This document shows positions 39,345 to 52,733 of a stretch of 64,000 nt of DNA, piece after piece (positions within the stretch are counted from its first letter, which is position 1; each line of letters starts with the position of its first letter). The position numbers were made by a program, and so were the translations under genes. A model generated the notes under the pieces. It searched no databases. It saw only the letters and a program-made list of their open reading frames with translations, and was not told the DNA's origin. Source of the DNA: Felis catus (lineage: Eukaryota); the NCBI RefSeq assembly GCF_018350175.1, contig NC_058368.1, positions 49,539,815 through 49,603,814 on the forward strand, read 5' to 3'.

Positions 39345-39892
39345 ATTTGTTAAAAATACTAATTCAAAGGGATACACGTATGCCTATGTTTATTGCAGCA
39401 TTATCTAAAATAGCCAAATTATGGAAGCAGCCCAACTATCTACTGATAGATGAATGGATAAAGAAAAGGTGGTGTATATATAGAAGGGAATATTGTTCAG
39501 CCATAAAAAAAAGGATGAAATCTTGCCATTTGCAATGATATGGATGGAACCAGAGAGTATAATGCTAAGCAAACTAAATCAGCCAGAGAAACACAAATAC
39601 CATATGGTTTAACTCATATATGGAATTTAAGAAACAAAGCAAACAAAGGGAAAACAGTCAAAGAGGCAAACCAAGAAATAGACTCTTAACTGTAGAAAAC
39701 CAATGGTTATAAGTGGGGAAGTGGGTAGGGGGATGGGGGAAGTAGGTGATAGAGATTAAGGAGTGCACTTGTCAGTGATGAGCACCGGGTGATGTGTTGA
39801 ATTGTTGATTTACTATATTGTGCACCTGAAACCAATATAGCACTGTATGTTTAACTATACGGGAATTAAAATTTAAAAAATTAATTAAAAAA
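39345..39892 (+). mobile_element. Carnivore L1 3' fragment
   Basis: ORF2 C-terminus (PMFIAAL...LWKQP...DEWIKK), 3'UTR, A-rich tail. Confidence 0.9.
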
Positions 39893-41097
39893 TGAAGTAA
39901 ACAAAAAAAGATGTATTTGTTTTAATTGAGTGAGAAGAATCTAACACATGGCACTTTGGTTTAGATTAATGATGTCATAAAAGCCAAAACTGTGTTTGAA
40001 ACCTCTTCTCTAGAGACATTTAGGTTGTAACTGAAGTAGATGGGATTAGGGAAGGCAAAACTTGGTTACCTTTGACATCCCATTGACTTTATGGCCAGGA
40101 ATCAAACTTGCTTACGTCAGAGACCAAATTAGTGTCATCTCTAGGCCAAAGTCTCTGTGGAGAAATCAGTCTGTGCTCCTAAAAGCTTTGAATCTCAGGA
40201 TGTTTGGTCTTGGTGGTTTGTATTTCACTGGCCACAATATTAAGACTCAAAGAGTGCCAAACCCTTGAGCAAAGCCCAAAGAACAAAAACTTTGTGATAC
40301 AATGGTACCTAACAAAAGAATTGCATGTTGAAGAAAAATAATTGCAATTTATTGTGAAGAGTAGGAATTCTAAAAACTACTTTACTTCACTCCCATTTTA
40401 GAAGTTATTTAAAAATATTTTTGAATAAAAGAGTGGAGAAATCTAACATAAAAGTACCCGAAAACAAAATGAGTGCAGTATAAATGATTTGGTTTATAGG
40501 TACAAAAGACATGCATTTTAATCAGTAGAGTCCCAAATGACCCTGATTTTTATTCTTTCCAAGTTGATCATAGTGTAACTCTTACACAGAGAATTAAAAC
40601 CCCAAAGCCTAGGTGAAGTATGATGCTTCTACCATTGCCAGAACCCCAAAAACTTGGACAGGGCCTGGACACTCCACCGGCCACACAATGAGACTCTTCT
40701 CTCACCTTCATCTGCCACTCTTGGTTGTCTTGTGTGCCACCCTCTTGCTTAGACAGGGCCCTTGAAAGTAGTTGCCAGTGGCTCAATATCTTGGAGTGGA
40801 TGAAGAACAATTGGAAGATTCAGTAATAAAAATGAGGAAGCTGAGAGTGAAAAAACATGAAGCCACAGATTTGTCAGGAGAAGGAAGAAGATGCATTTGA
40901 GCAATCTAAAGACTCAACAAGGGCAGATGCATCCACCAGAATTATAAAAGGAGAAAAGAATGGCATTATGAAGTTCCTTATAGACTTGACACAGAGGGTA
41001 CAGAAATTTTGTTGTTAAGGAAATGCCTCATTCCATTAACCTCAGGATCACCAGTTTTATATCCAGAATATCATAATTCTTCATCTAAACATGGTAG

Positions 41098-41177
41098 AGC
41101 ACCTGTTAGGATGAGCACTGGGTGTTGTATGGAAACCAATTTGACAATAAATTTCATATTAAAAAAATAAAATAAAA
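41098..41177 (+). mobile_element. 80-bp extremely 5'-truncated young felid L1
   Basis: agcacctgttaggatgagcactgggtgttgtatggaaaccaatttgacaataaa plus tail; 12-bp TSD taaacatggtag at 41086-41097 and 41178-41189. Confidence 0.92.
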
Positions 41178-41830
41178 TAAACATGGTAGGGCCATTTCAT
41201 AGACAGATGACTGTGAGTCCCCTTTCCTTCTTTAGAGCTCATGGATGGGTGACCCTGTGATCTAGTCATAAATCTAAGCTCAAAGATTTGAATGGCAATG
41301 TATTCCAAGATGCTATCTTGGATAGCAACTTGATGGAACTGTTGATCAGGTACAATTAATGAAAGAAAGAATAACTTAGATGAAGAAATGATCTTTACTT
41401 ATGTTTATTGCTGGTTTTGAGATACTAGCTGTTGGAATTTATCAATTCCTATAATTTAGAAATCAAAAGAAATTCATACAGAAAATAGAAATGGATACAT
41501 CAAACCAGAGTGATACTAATTCATTCCTCATAAAACCTTGAACCAGATTAATAAAGCTTCAACCAGAGGTTTTCCCAGAATACAGGCAAGGAAGAAATCA
41601 ATGAGATCTGATAAGCAAATGCTCCTTTGTGCAACAATTCAGACTTTACTTAACTGGCCCTGTATTTTTCAGTTTGGAAGGAATTAACACAGAGAAGCAA
41701 TATCGCCATAGAAGGCAACTGCAACAGATGTGTGGACTGAGCAATCAGAGTCAATGGCCATAATGATGCTGAAAATGTACCACATTCACTTCTGCAAAGT
41801 CATATATTTGCTTTTCTAAAACCACTAGAA

Positions 41831-41855
41831 TGTGTGTGTGTGTGTGTGTGTGTGT

Positions 41856-41899
<44 letters not shown>
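41831..41899. repeat. (TG)n microsatellite, one interruption
   Basis: Direct reading. Confidence 0.97.
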
Positions 41900-41902
<3 letters not shown>

Positions 41903-42319
41903 AACAGTCTCTCAAAATAATTATTGGACCACCTGAAGCACACCTTTAGGGTACTAAATATAGTGTCTATGTCTCTTCTTATTTATAGTTTCTAATATTT
42001 CTCTTCCAAAACATAATATATATTTATCCAGCATGATGATAGATTTTATGCTAGAACTGTATGAAAGAAAACAATTTGTGTCTTCCCAAATAGTTCCAAG
42101 GTTATAGGTTAGCCTGCTGTTATTTTACAAATAGTATTCTAAAGATACAAGGAGGAATAGATGCTCTTTAGCATTAAAAAAAATGCTGTTTTCTTTTCTT
42201 GCTCTTTAACATGCACATTGAGAAACCTTCCCAACAGTTCGAGAAATCTAGGGACGTTTCAGTGACAAAATTGAGAAGCATAAAAATTTCTGCCGGCTTT
42301 GCTACATAAACCTCACTTA

Positions 42320-42537
42320 ATTTTTTTTTTAATGTTTTCACATTTATTTTTGAGAGACAGAGAGACTGATTGTGAGTGGGGGAGGGGCAGAGAGAGAGGG
42401 AGACACAGAATCCGAAGCAGGCTCCAGGCCCTGAGCTGTCAGCACAGAGCCTGACAAAGGGCTCGAACCCACAAACTGTGAGATCATGACCTGAGCTGAA
42501 GTCGGATGCTTAACCGACTGAGCCACCCAGGCGCCCC
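42320..42537 (-). mobile_element. CanSINE
   Basis: Full antisense body ending gagccacccaggcgcccc. Confidence 0.95.
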
Positions 42538-42571
42538 TTAAATTTTTTAACAAAAAGGAAATAGTACCAAG

Positions 42572-42578
42572 CACACAC

Positions 42579-42618
<40 letters not shown>
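42572..42618. repeat. (CA)n microsatellite
   Basis: Direct reading. Confidence 0.96.
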
Positions 42619-42620
<2 letters not shown>

Positions 42621-43664
42621 AACAAACTTTGGGTTACATGGAAAACACTGACTTAGGTAAGAACAATTCATAAATGGCTCACAATTAAATAAACATTGAT
42701 TAATGAAAAATTTTTAGGTTCCCAAAAGTAGTTTTCCTAAATTCTTAAATACATACATTATATTTTATAGCATTTATTGTAGAAACTAAATACACAAGTA
42801 ATTTCACTGAAAAAAAAATCTCAAGGACAAATCTAAAACCATCCTTTCTCTCTCCAAACATCCCCCAGGCAGGACACATGGGACACAGACAAGACTCACA
42901 ACAAGTCATATTGAAGACTTCTGGTCCAAGATAACAACCTGAATCCACATCATTAATTCCAGCTCCTCAACAGATTCCCATTCAAATATTCAAAGAAATA
43001 TAATCAGTAATTATCACTGGAAATTGGGCAAGAGTGCTACTCACATTCTAGAACGTTTTAAAGACTTTTCATAATGTATATTGAAGATTAAACAAGACTG
43101 AAGCAAAGACCTACAGCCTACAACCCCTGAAGGTGATGAGAAAGGCTAATAAGTAGTAATTGAAAGAATTTTCCAGTGTAAATTCATTAACATCCCTCCC
43201 CACTCCTCAACTCAAAGCAGAAGAGAAAGAGGGTTATCAACTCCTAGAAGGCAGTAATAATTTAATCAGTCACACTAATATCAGGAAGTGGCCAGATTCC
43301 AGAATCCACACAGATCCTGCTGAACATCCTTGGCTCCCATGTGGCATGATCAAAATGGTGAGTTGAGCAAGCAGGGAACACAACTATTCCTAATACGGGT
43401 GTGCTTGCCAATTGGAAAAGGCAGTTACCTTCAAGAGAGTGAAGAAGGGTCCTCAGCCAATAAGAGATACAAGGAAAATTTTGCCTTTTTGCCTCTACCT
43501 TCATAGGCCATCTGATTGTTCTGACTAAATACCAACAGATTTCCTATTTTTCCTTAACACCCAAAAATGTCAATAGCCTTTACCTAAATTTAAGTTAGGT
43601 TTCATCATTCCTCTTTATATTTGAATCTTCAGCACTGTTTTTAAATTTAACAATTTTTATTTAA

Positions 43665-43867
43665 TTGTGTTTAAGTTTATTTATTTGTTTGAGACAGTGT
43701 GAGAAGGGGATGGGCAGAGAGAGAGAGAGGGAGACAGAGAATCCCAAGCAGACTCCGTATTGCCAGCACAGAGCCCAATGCCGGGCTCAAACCCACAAAC
43801 CATGAGATCATGACCTGAGCCAAATCAAGAGTTGTACGCTTAACTGACTGAACCACTCAGGTGCCCC
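43665..43867 (-). mobile_element. CanSINE
   Basis: gagatcatgacctgagcc...caggtgcccc. Confidence 0.92.
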
Positions 43868-44760
43868 TCTATTTCATTTTTCCAATTGTCTCATATAAAT
43901 TTTATTATATTAACAGTTGATATAAATTCACTGTGTCTCTTTTCTTGAATTTCCATATACTGTTTCATGAATTTTATAGAAATTTTTGAGCATAACTTTT
44001 AATAAAGCAATTTTCTTTTCATGATGGAATCTACAATACACTAATTAGACAAACATACTAAGAAATCTTTCCTGGTGTTATATTGCTTCCTTTTTTCTGT
44101 CCTCTATAGTTTTAGAAGAACTATATCTCTTAAATCTCACTAAGAAAATATTGTCAATGTTTATTCTCACTTCTTTATTTATAAATCATCATTTATCCAA
44201 ATTTTATCAGACCCCTGTGTTTTAAATCATAAAATCTGAACTTGCCTCTTGGTTTTCCTCTGTTTGATCATCCTTACCAGTGGGAGCTCATGTAACGGAA
44301 AATGGGAAATGAGATTTACTGACTTTTACTTTCCAAAATTAGATTCATTAGTCTGCTCTTTTGTTATTAAATAAAAATGAAGATAAATGAACAAAATATG
44401 TACTTCAAAAATTCAGGAAAGGGACTTAAGAAAACTAGAATGATGGCATTAATAAAGATTAAACACAAAACCAAGTTAGTTAGAAAATAGGAAATCAGTA
44501 AAATCAACTAATTAAAGAGTTATTATTTTGTAGTAAACAATACAAGAGATAAAATCTTGGTAAGGCTAATTAAGCAAAAGCGAGAAAACAGAAATACAAT
44601 CAGAATTATGATATTTTTTAAATAAAATCATTTAAATGTTATCACAGTATCTCTGAAAATAAGAAATATCCTAAAAAACAAGAAACACCAAAACTGACTA
44701 ATCAAATAGGTAACAGAATAGCCCAATATACACAGAAGATATTTTACAAGTTACCAAAGA

Positions 44761-44970
44761 GTGGCACCTGAGTGCCCCTCAGTTGGTTAAGAATCTGACT
44801 TGACTTTAGCTCAGGTCATGATCTGATGGTTTATGAGAGAAGCCCCACATCAGGATCTGCCCTATCAGTGCAGAAGGCTGCTTGGGATTCTCTCTCTGCT
44901 CCTCCCTCATGTTCTCTTTCTCTCCTTCTCTCTCTCCCAAAATAAATAAATAAATATTTTTAAAAATTAG
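44761..44970 (+). mobile_element. CanSINE (diverged) in A-rich old L1-like DNA
   Basis: gtggcacctgagtg...ctcagttggttaag...ctcaggtcatgatct; degraded TSD tt(a/g)ccaaaga. Confidence 0.88.
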
Positions 44971-45123
44971 AAAATTTGCCAAAGAAATACCACCTCCTCC
45001 ACTTCTGTTCATCTAACCTGGATATCTTAGTGGTTTAAAAATGTGATCATTCCTGTAATATTACTGTCCTGGAACACCAAAAAAAAAAAAAAAAAAAAAA
45101 AAGATAATTTCATGTTTTCATTT

Positions 45124-45341
45124 AAAATTTTTTTTTATTAACGTTTATTTATTTTTGAGACAGAGAGAAACACAGCATGAACGGGGGAGGGGCAGAGAGA
45201 GAGGGAGACACAGAATCGGAAACAGGCTCCAGGCTCCGAGCCATCAGCCCAGAGCCTGACGCGGGGCTCGAACTCCCGGACCGCGAGATCGTGACCTGGC
45301 TGAAGTCAGACGCTTAACCGACTGCGCCACCCAGGCGCCCC
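45124..45341 (-). mobile_element. Young felid SINE (SINEC_Fc young subfamily)
   Basis: Same diagnostic bases as 25339-25591, CpGs nearly intact; 14-bp TSD tcatgttttcattt at 45110-45123 and 45342-45355. Confidence 0.96.
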
Positions 45342-45625
45342 TCATGTTTTCATTTTAACTAGATAAACCTGCTATTAAAATAAAACAAAATAAAAAACCA
45401 TAAAACAGGACTACAGAGAAACCTTATTTGTGAATACGTGTTAAATATTTCTAGATGTAATATTACCATTTGAGTCTGGCAGCAAGTTTGGTATATTGAT
45501 TGATAAATAGCTAGTTTTATTGCTAGCATAAAAGGTATATATTCTCCTTGTAAAAACCAAACAACTCAAGAAAAGCAAAAATCACTCTAATTTCCACTAC
45601 CAAGATATAACCACTACTAACATTT

Positions 45626-45860
45626 GTGTTTTTTGTTTTAAATGTTCATTTATTTTATTTTGAGAAAGAAAGCATGCTAGTGTGTGAGCAGGGGAGGGGA
45701 AGAGAGAGAGGGAGAGAGAGAATCCCAAGCAGGCTCTGCATTGTCAACACAGAGCCTGACAAGGGGCTCAATCTCAGGAACCATGAGATCATGACCTGAG
45801 CCAAAATCAAGAGTTGGACACTTAACCAACTGGGCCACCCAGGCATGTGGGTGATTGGAT
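45626..45860 (-). mobile_element. CanSINE with 14 extra 5' nucleotides
   Basis: 14-bp TSD cactactaacattt at 45612-45625 and 45861-45874. Confidence 0.92.
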
Positions 45861-45956
45861 CACTACTAACATTTAAATAAACATTCCTCCATTTTCTCTC
45901 TGAAGAAACACACACATACATATAGTTCAATATAAACAACTTCATGTGAATGAATC

Positions 45957-45958
<2 letters not shown>

Positions 45959-46016
<58 letters not shown>
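45959..46016. repeat. (TA)n(CA)n compound microsatellite
   Basis: Direct reading. Confidence 0.96.
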
Positions 46017-46474
46017 ATACATGTAATCTGAGAGTTTCATTCAACAACATGTCATGAACATTCATCCATGTCAATAATATAGATCTATACCATTTGTAAT
46101 GGTCACCTATTATTCATTTGTACTTATGTGCCATAATTTACTTAACCAGTTTAATGGATGTTTGGGTTGTTTCCAATTTGGTGTTATTATGAATAGCTCT
46201 ATACTATTACTCCTCAGGCATAAATCTCTTCCCATTTGTGATTACTTTCTAAAAGTAGGGTTGCTGTATCATATAGCATACACATTTTATATTTTCTATT
46301 ACCAGAATGCCTTCCAGAAAAGTTACACTATTTATAGTTCTCTTGACTATGCTGGAGAGTGCAACTGCCTCACACCTTCACCAGCACAAGGTATTGTAGT
46401 CATTTGGTAATAGATCTTGGTTTGGTAAAAAGGAACGCCAGCTGTCCAGTAAGTTTACTCACCATTTTTGGCAT

Positions 46475-47350
46475 TTCATTATTCAACAAATAGTATATTA
46501 AACATCTGTAAGTTCTAGAAGCCTAGCTAGGCTTAGACACTGAGGATCCATGATCAACAAGACAGATGTGGCCACTGGCCTCAAAAAAAGAGTTTTTGAA
46601 AGAAATGGGGAATAACTAAATTAACAAATAAATAAATGAAGAAAATAATTACATATTGAGATTATCAGACTGCAGGAAATAAAGATATTTTGAGAATAAA
46701 AGGGGAAGGACCTAATTTGGATAAGAGAGTTAGAAACTACATCTCTGAAGAAGTGATATTTAACCTGAGATAAGAAATATGAGATAACCTAGTTCCAGGC
46801 AGAAGGAAGACAAAGGCAAAGATTCTAAGGCAGGAAAGACATGATGTGTTCAGGGAAAGAAGGGAGGTCAGGATAGCTAAAATGCAGCAAAAGTAAGAGG
46901 CAGGCACCAAGCCATGCATAGCTTTGACTACCATGATGAAGACTGTTAATTATCTTCTAAGATCTGTGGGAAGACACTGAAGGAATATAAATTTGATACA
47001 ATTAGATATACCCTGTAAAAGGTCTCACTGTAAACTCCATGAAGATTACTTGGGTAATTCTTGGCTTAGAAAACTGAGTCAATAGTGATGCCACTCACTG
47101 AAATGGGGAAGCATGGATGAGAATAGGTTTTAGGGTAGATGAATGCCAAGTGTTCCATTTTGTTCATGTTAAGGTAGAGATGCCTATGAGACATCTAAGT
47201 GGAGATGCAACATTCGCAGCTACATATGTGAGTCTTGAGCTTAGATAAAAGAACGATATACATTTGGGAGTCCCCAGCATATGAATGGTAGTTAAATCAT
47301 GCAATTGGATATGCCCATCTAGGGAATGAGTATACACTGAGAATAGATAT
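46475..47350 (-). mobile_element. L2 3' region
   Basis: cattattcaacaaata...caagacagatgtggcc...catctctgaagaagtgatatttaacctgaga...gagatgcctatgagacatctaagtggagatg...atttgggagtccccagcata. Confidence 0.8.
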
Positions 47351-47363
47351 AAGAATTATTCTT

Positions 47364-47555
47364 GGGTACCTGGGTGGCTCAGTCGATTAAACATCTGACT
47401 CTTGGTTTTGGCTTAGGTCATGATCTCATGGCTTTGTGGGTTTGAGCCCCACACTGGGCTCTGCACTGGCAGCACAGAGCCTGTTTGGGATTCTCTCTCT
47501 CTGCCCCTCCCCACTTGTGCAGTCTCTCTCTCTCTCAAAATAAATAATAAACTTA
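47364..47555 (+). mobile_element. CanSINE
   Basis: Degraded TSD aagaattattctt / aagatatattctt. Confidence 0.92.
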
Positions 47556-47571
47556 AAGATATATTCTTAAA

Positions 47572-48082
47572 GCCTAAATGTCCACCAACTGATGAATGGA
47601 TAAAGATATGGTTTATATACTTGGCAATGAGAAAGGATGAAATCCTACCATTTGCAGCAACGTGGATGGAACTGGAGGGTATTATGCTAAGTGAAGTAAG
47701 TCAGTCAGAGAAAGACAGGTATTATATGTTTTCACTCATATGTGGAACTTGAAAAACTTAACAGAAGACCATGGGGAAGGGAAGGGGAAAAAATAGTTAC
47801 AAACAGAGATGGAGGGAGACACACCATTTAAGAAACTCTTAAATACAGAGAACAAACTGAGGATGGATGGGAGAGGAGGCGGAGGGGAGGGGAAAATGGG
47901 TGATGGGCATTGAGGAGAGCACTTGTTGGGATGAGCACTGGGTGTTGTATGTAAGCGATGAATCACGGGAATCTACCCCAAAACCAAGACCACGCTGTAT
48001 ACACTGTGTGTTAGCCAACTTGACAACAAATTGTATTAAAAAATAAAAAAAATTTAAAATTTAAAAATCAAAAATCGAAAAA
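47572..48082 (+). mobile_element. 5'-truncated felid/carnivore L1 3' end
   Basis: ORF2 end (KPKCPPTDEWIK...ILPFAATWMELEGIMLSE), G-rich 3'UTR; TSD attcttaaa at 47563-47571 and 48083-48091. Confidence 0.93.
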
Positions 48083-48100
48083 ATTCTTAAATTAAAAATA

Positions 48101-48221
48101 GGGGCAACTGGGTGGCTCAGGAGGCAAAGTATCTGACTCTTGATTTCAGTTCAGGTCATAATCTCACGGGGACATTGCAGAGCCTACTTGGGATTCTCTC
48201 TCTCTCAAAATAAATAAACAT
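48101..48221 (+). mobile_element. Internally deleted CanSINE
   Basis: ggggcaactgggtggctcag head and tail present, middle missing; ttaaattaaaa on both flanks. Confidence 0.88.
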
Positions 48222-50431
48222 TTAAATTAAAATCAAAGGTACACCAGAATGTAAATCTACGGCCAAAGATAAAAGACCAACTAATTAGTAAAAAATGCAA
48301 AGTATGTTAACTACCATTATAAGGGATCAATAAGGGATCAATATTCATTTGGAAATATCGAGTGCTATTTTCCACACTAAAAAAACAAACAAAAAAACAA
48401 AAAACAAAAACAAAAAACAAAAAAAACACACAATCATGTGGTTAGGTTGTTTGTCTTTTACATTTTACTGCTTCAAACTTTGGACAAGTCCAAACCTGAG
48501 TCCTTGGAGTTTGCTATGGACAAAGGAGAGAATGAGGAGGCTGCCTCAGTCCCATGAGGTAGGCTGAGCACTCCTCATGGAGAGGCCAGTATGGAGACAG
48601 AAGGGAGCTGGGATTGTGCTAGGAAGGTGCCAGTGATGGCAAAATGTCCTCCCATTTCTTCTGCCCCAAGAGAAGTATACAACATGATGCCCACTACCAG
48701 GGGTGTGAGAAAAAATCCATGCTTCTCACTGTGGAAGAGGGAACCTTTCTTCCTCAGGAAGAAGATAAAGCACTGGGCATCATAGCAGAGCACTGGACCT
48801 TTTCATTCCATAAGATTCTGACAGACAGCACCAGCCACTGGTAAACAATAGTCTTCTCTGACATGTTGAGAAAGTTACCATTATTGCTATTATTATCATT
48901 CCTTATTGGCATATAATTGGAAAGGAGAGCTCCAACAGGATTCTTGATAAGAATCATTAGTCTGTATTATAAAAATATGTAACTAGAGATGATGGCACCT
49001 GTACAAGCAACTTTAGACATTGTAATACAGAAAATTATAACATTCCAACCAAAACAACATTTAGATACTGATCAATTCCTATTACACCAGGTCAAATACA
49101 AGCCCCAAGAATGGAAGATAAATTTATCTTTCAGTGGCCTGTGTAAATCCCTTGGTTGAGAGAGGGGGAGGGGATGGGAAATACCACTAAAAAAAATCAA
49201 TACCTTTATTGATTAATCAGGCTACTGTGATTTATTGGACACTCATTCATTTGTTTATTACCGTCATTTCATGCATTGCCTCTGGCTGTGATAAATGGTC
49301 TGGAGTCTTCTTCAGAAAAGAGCAAAGCTTTTTAGCAGTTGTTCTTGCAGTGTGGGCCTTCCAGATACCTACATATTTGCTTCAATGGTAAGTTAAAAGC
49401 TTACAGATTGCTGGTATGTGTGGTCTTGTAAACACCAGATTCTCCCAAGTAAGGAACCCAAATGGCAGGGCACACAGACATCAACTCTGGATTCTTCCAA
49501 AATGGAAACAGAAAACTAAAGTAGAAATATGCTTGATAGCTAACTGACAAGGTTAGGACTTACTAACTCAGAATAGGCCTGGCATTTTCTGTATTATTTA
49601 CTGTGTATGTTCTCATTAGGATATCAATAGCCTAGCTGCTTCGTTTTACAAATATTGTATAATTTGATTGTTGTCTCCCAGGTCCCTTTTAACTACACCC
49701 AGTGGACATAATCCTCCTTCACCTCTGGATAAAAACTCTCTATTATAAGGCATTATTGTTGATTCTTGGGTAATAGGTATATTCTGGTTACTTTAAAACA
49801 CGGTAAATAAGAACGTACCCTCTAAGGTATCAAAACACCAGACTAGACTCAATATTATATTTTCACTTGACTTAGTATTATGTCTTTTTCCCTTCTTACA
49901 AGGGAAAGGAACACGGTACTTCTCTGCAATTTCATCCAACAAACTTCTGCTCCTACTTGACTTCCAGCTGCTATTTCATTCTTGGCCAGAGATGAACGAG
50001 GGAGGGTAAAGATGGGCCAGTTTTTCCCTGACTCGGTGGCTTTCCATGCTCTGGGCCTGCCAGATGGTGAAAGCTGCATCCCCAAGTGGTACCTGGCAGA
50101 CAAATAAAGGTGACTTTTTCTCTCTAAGGATGTTTTCACTGGCCCTTCAGAGGCTCCCTGCTAGATACTGCTGGCCTACAGTTGTACTGCCCCAGGCAAA
50201 ATAAATATCTATTCCAAGAGGCCACTTACTCTCCTTTCTCAGCTCTTTCTATGCTTCAGAATACTTTCTACTGATATTCCCCTACCTCTCCAGATGGCCC
50301 TACTGGATTAGACTCAAGATGACCCAATGCCTGCTCTCTCTCCCATGTGTTTCATATCTAGACTAGAGGAAACAGTCAGGCCTCCCTTCCTTCACAAATA
50401 CTGGGAGTGCTGATCAAACTTAACACAATAT

Positions 50432-50533
50432 CTAGGGTAACCAATCATCCTAGTTTGCCCATGACTACACCAGTTCTGTTACTGAAAGTGCCCAGAATGA
50501 GGAAACTTCACAATTCTGGGCAAACAGACCCTA
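50432..50533. mobile_element. MER81-like hAT-Blackjack MITE
   Basis: Terminal inverted ends tagggt...acccta, with internal gtttgccc / gggcaaac. Confidence 0.7.
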
Positions 50534-52469
50534 ACTACAGAGCTGCCTTGGCTGCACCTCTAATTATTATGTTCTGATTGCTTCCTGCAGTCAGACCCAT
50601 CCAAGGCTGCAATCTTACTTGAGCTTTCTTAGTCCTAGGCCTACCGATAGTCCTTTGTGTCTCCTAACCACACGGTGTGGCTTTCAAAGCTCAAAAAGGG
50701 GATCCTCTTAAAGAGCCTTTCCTTTGGCTGAGAATAAGGGGTAGCATCCCCTTCCACTAAGCCAAGGTGGCACTTCTCGTACACCTCCAAAAAGAGGTCA
50801 CCACGAGCCCAGAGAGCTTCTCAATTTATACAGTTACCCTCGGAGATGAATTGATGGATTGAAAACATCTTCTTGAGAATTTACTCCCAATTAAGTTCAA
50901 TTAAGTGGGAAGTTTATATCTTATTTAATTTGCATGACACAGATTCACTCTTTCAAATTCAGGAAGACCTAAGCAACTTACATCTCTGGGCCTCACTCTT
51001 GATCCCTTCCTGAAAAAGTCTCCAGCTATTGAAAAGTTCTACTTTCCACTTTCCAGCTAGCTAATGGTAGAAATGGACAAGTTGAGGATCAAGTGTGGAT
51101 CAGTAAGTCTCCATTTGACGTGCCTCTTCACATGGCACAAGATGACTTACCACGCTCCATATAGTTGTCATGGCACCATGCTAACTAGAATAACTGGCTA
51201 CTGACTGGACTTGGTGGTTGAGATGAAATATAGCCCCAGATATAATAGAGACACTGCTTACATGGATGACCATTCAGTGTCACCATCTAGAGTTTCATAA
51301 ATAATTTTCCTTCCATAGACCAAGGATTCCCAGCCCTTCCCAATTCACATCATTACTCAGCTTAGTAGAAGTTTAAAAAAAAAAAAGCCTTGTTCAGCCA
51401 CTCTTTTTCTCATCAGCTGGTAAAATTGCTGTACTAACAACTGTAGTGGCATTTGGATCTCTGGGACTAACTTGTAAGTTCCCTTAAAATTCTACCATCA
51501 GTCAAAGGCTGAACTATTTCTTGCAGCCATTTTCATTCTAGAGACTTGATGCCCTTTGTTACTCAGGCCCAAATTCACACAAGAGATTCAATTTGAAACT
51601 TCTCCTGTAGCCATTCAAACCCCCAAACCAAACTCTAATATTCTCTGGATACCCCTCATGAAATTCTCTGACCTCCCTATTCTGGGATCATAGCCAAATT
51701 CCCACATTTCATGACTTTGTCCCTTGAACACTACACATCTGTTCCTGCTTTAGAATTTTTTTCTAATAGGCTTATTGCTCAAATCCTGCCAATCAGAACA
51801 ACTCTTCCTGATTCTTCGCAAGTTCTGTTCACTTCTGCAGAAAAAAAACCTTTTAAGTTATTTTCCAACTACCTCTTTCAGCATCATTATCACAGGTTTC
51901 CACTGACCCCTCTGCAAGATGATCATACACATTCTCAGGAATCCACTACTTCAGACATCTTATTTGCACACACAGCTCTTCCTAGATAGCACTAACACTA
52001 AACAACAAAATATAAGCAATTAAAATACACTTCAATTCCTCAGGTTGCAGCCAGATAAAGATACTCTTGATTTCATATATGAATTTATGATGGTTATAAT
52101 ATGCAAAAGATCTGGTGCCAGAGTTCATATGCATAGAGTGCAGTATAATGATTCATTTTCCTCAAAACATCACTAATACAAGCTGATGCTATAATGACCC
52201 CAACCTCCTCCTCTACTTGGCAAGACAGAGAACAAGAATCTCAAGATGCCTGTATGCTGAATGCCACATACTCCAATATATGCAAAGATAAGAAAAATAA
52301 GCTCTGGTAAAGTCTATAAGTTAAAGAACAGAGGGTTATAAATCTTTGGTCCCTGGGTAATACTCCTCATTGATGGCCTCTGAGTAGAAATGCCTCCAGT
52401 AAGATAAAAGGAGAGGGTGTGGATTGCAGCCCTTTGTATGTGCCAGTGTCTTGAGTCTAGTCTCTAATG

Positions 52470-52733
52470 CTTATTTCCCTAGAAAATGCTTCCTTGACAA
52501 TCTACCATCCCTAGATTGATCCTTACATGTTCCTACATGTTTTTTCCTATATGTTCCTCTATCAACTCTACTTGTCTTATTACAGGACCCATCATACTTT
52601 GTTATAATTGCTGGTTTAATATTCGTCTATCTGATTCTAGTCTGACCTTTTAGCATAGAGACCATGTCTGCCTTGGTTGCTGCTACATTCTTCCTAACAA
52701 ATGGCACAAATGCAAAACTATTTGATGAGTGAG

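Noticed and set aside
48320..48343. 11-bp tandem duplication taagggatcaa
   Set aside because: Common slippage product with no further structure
48349..48957. Cluster of overlapping short ORFs on both strands
   Set aside because: Locally higher GC with few stops, no recognisable protein; possibly an unidentified old repeat
49342..49387. Possible micro-exon ending in the strong donor ATG|GTAAGT
   Set aside because: Acceptor ambiguous, peptide unrecognised, no partner exons found
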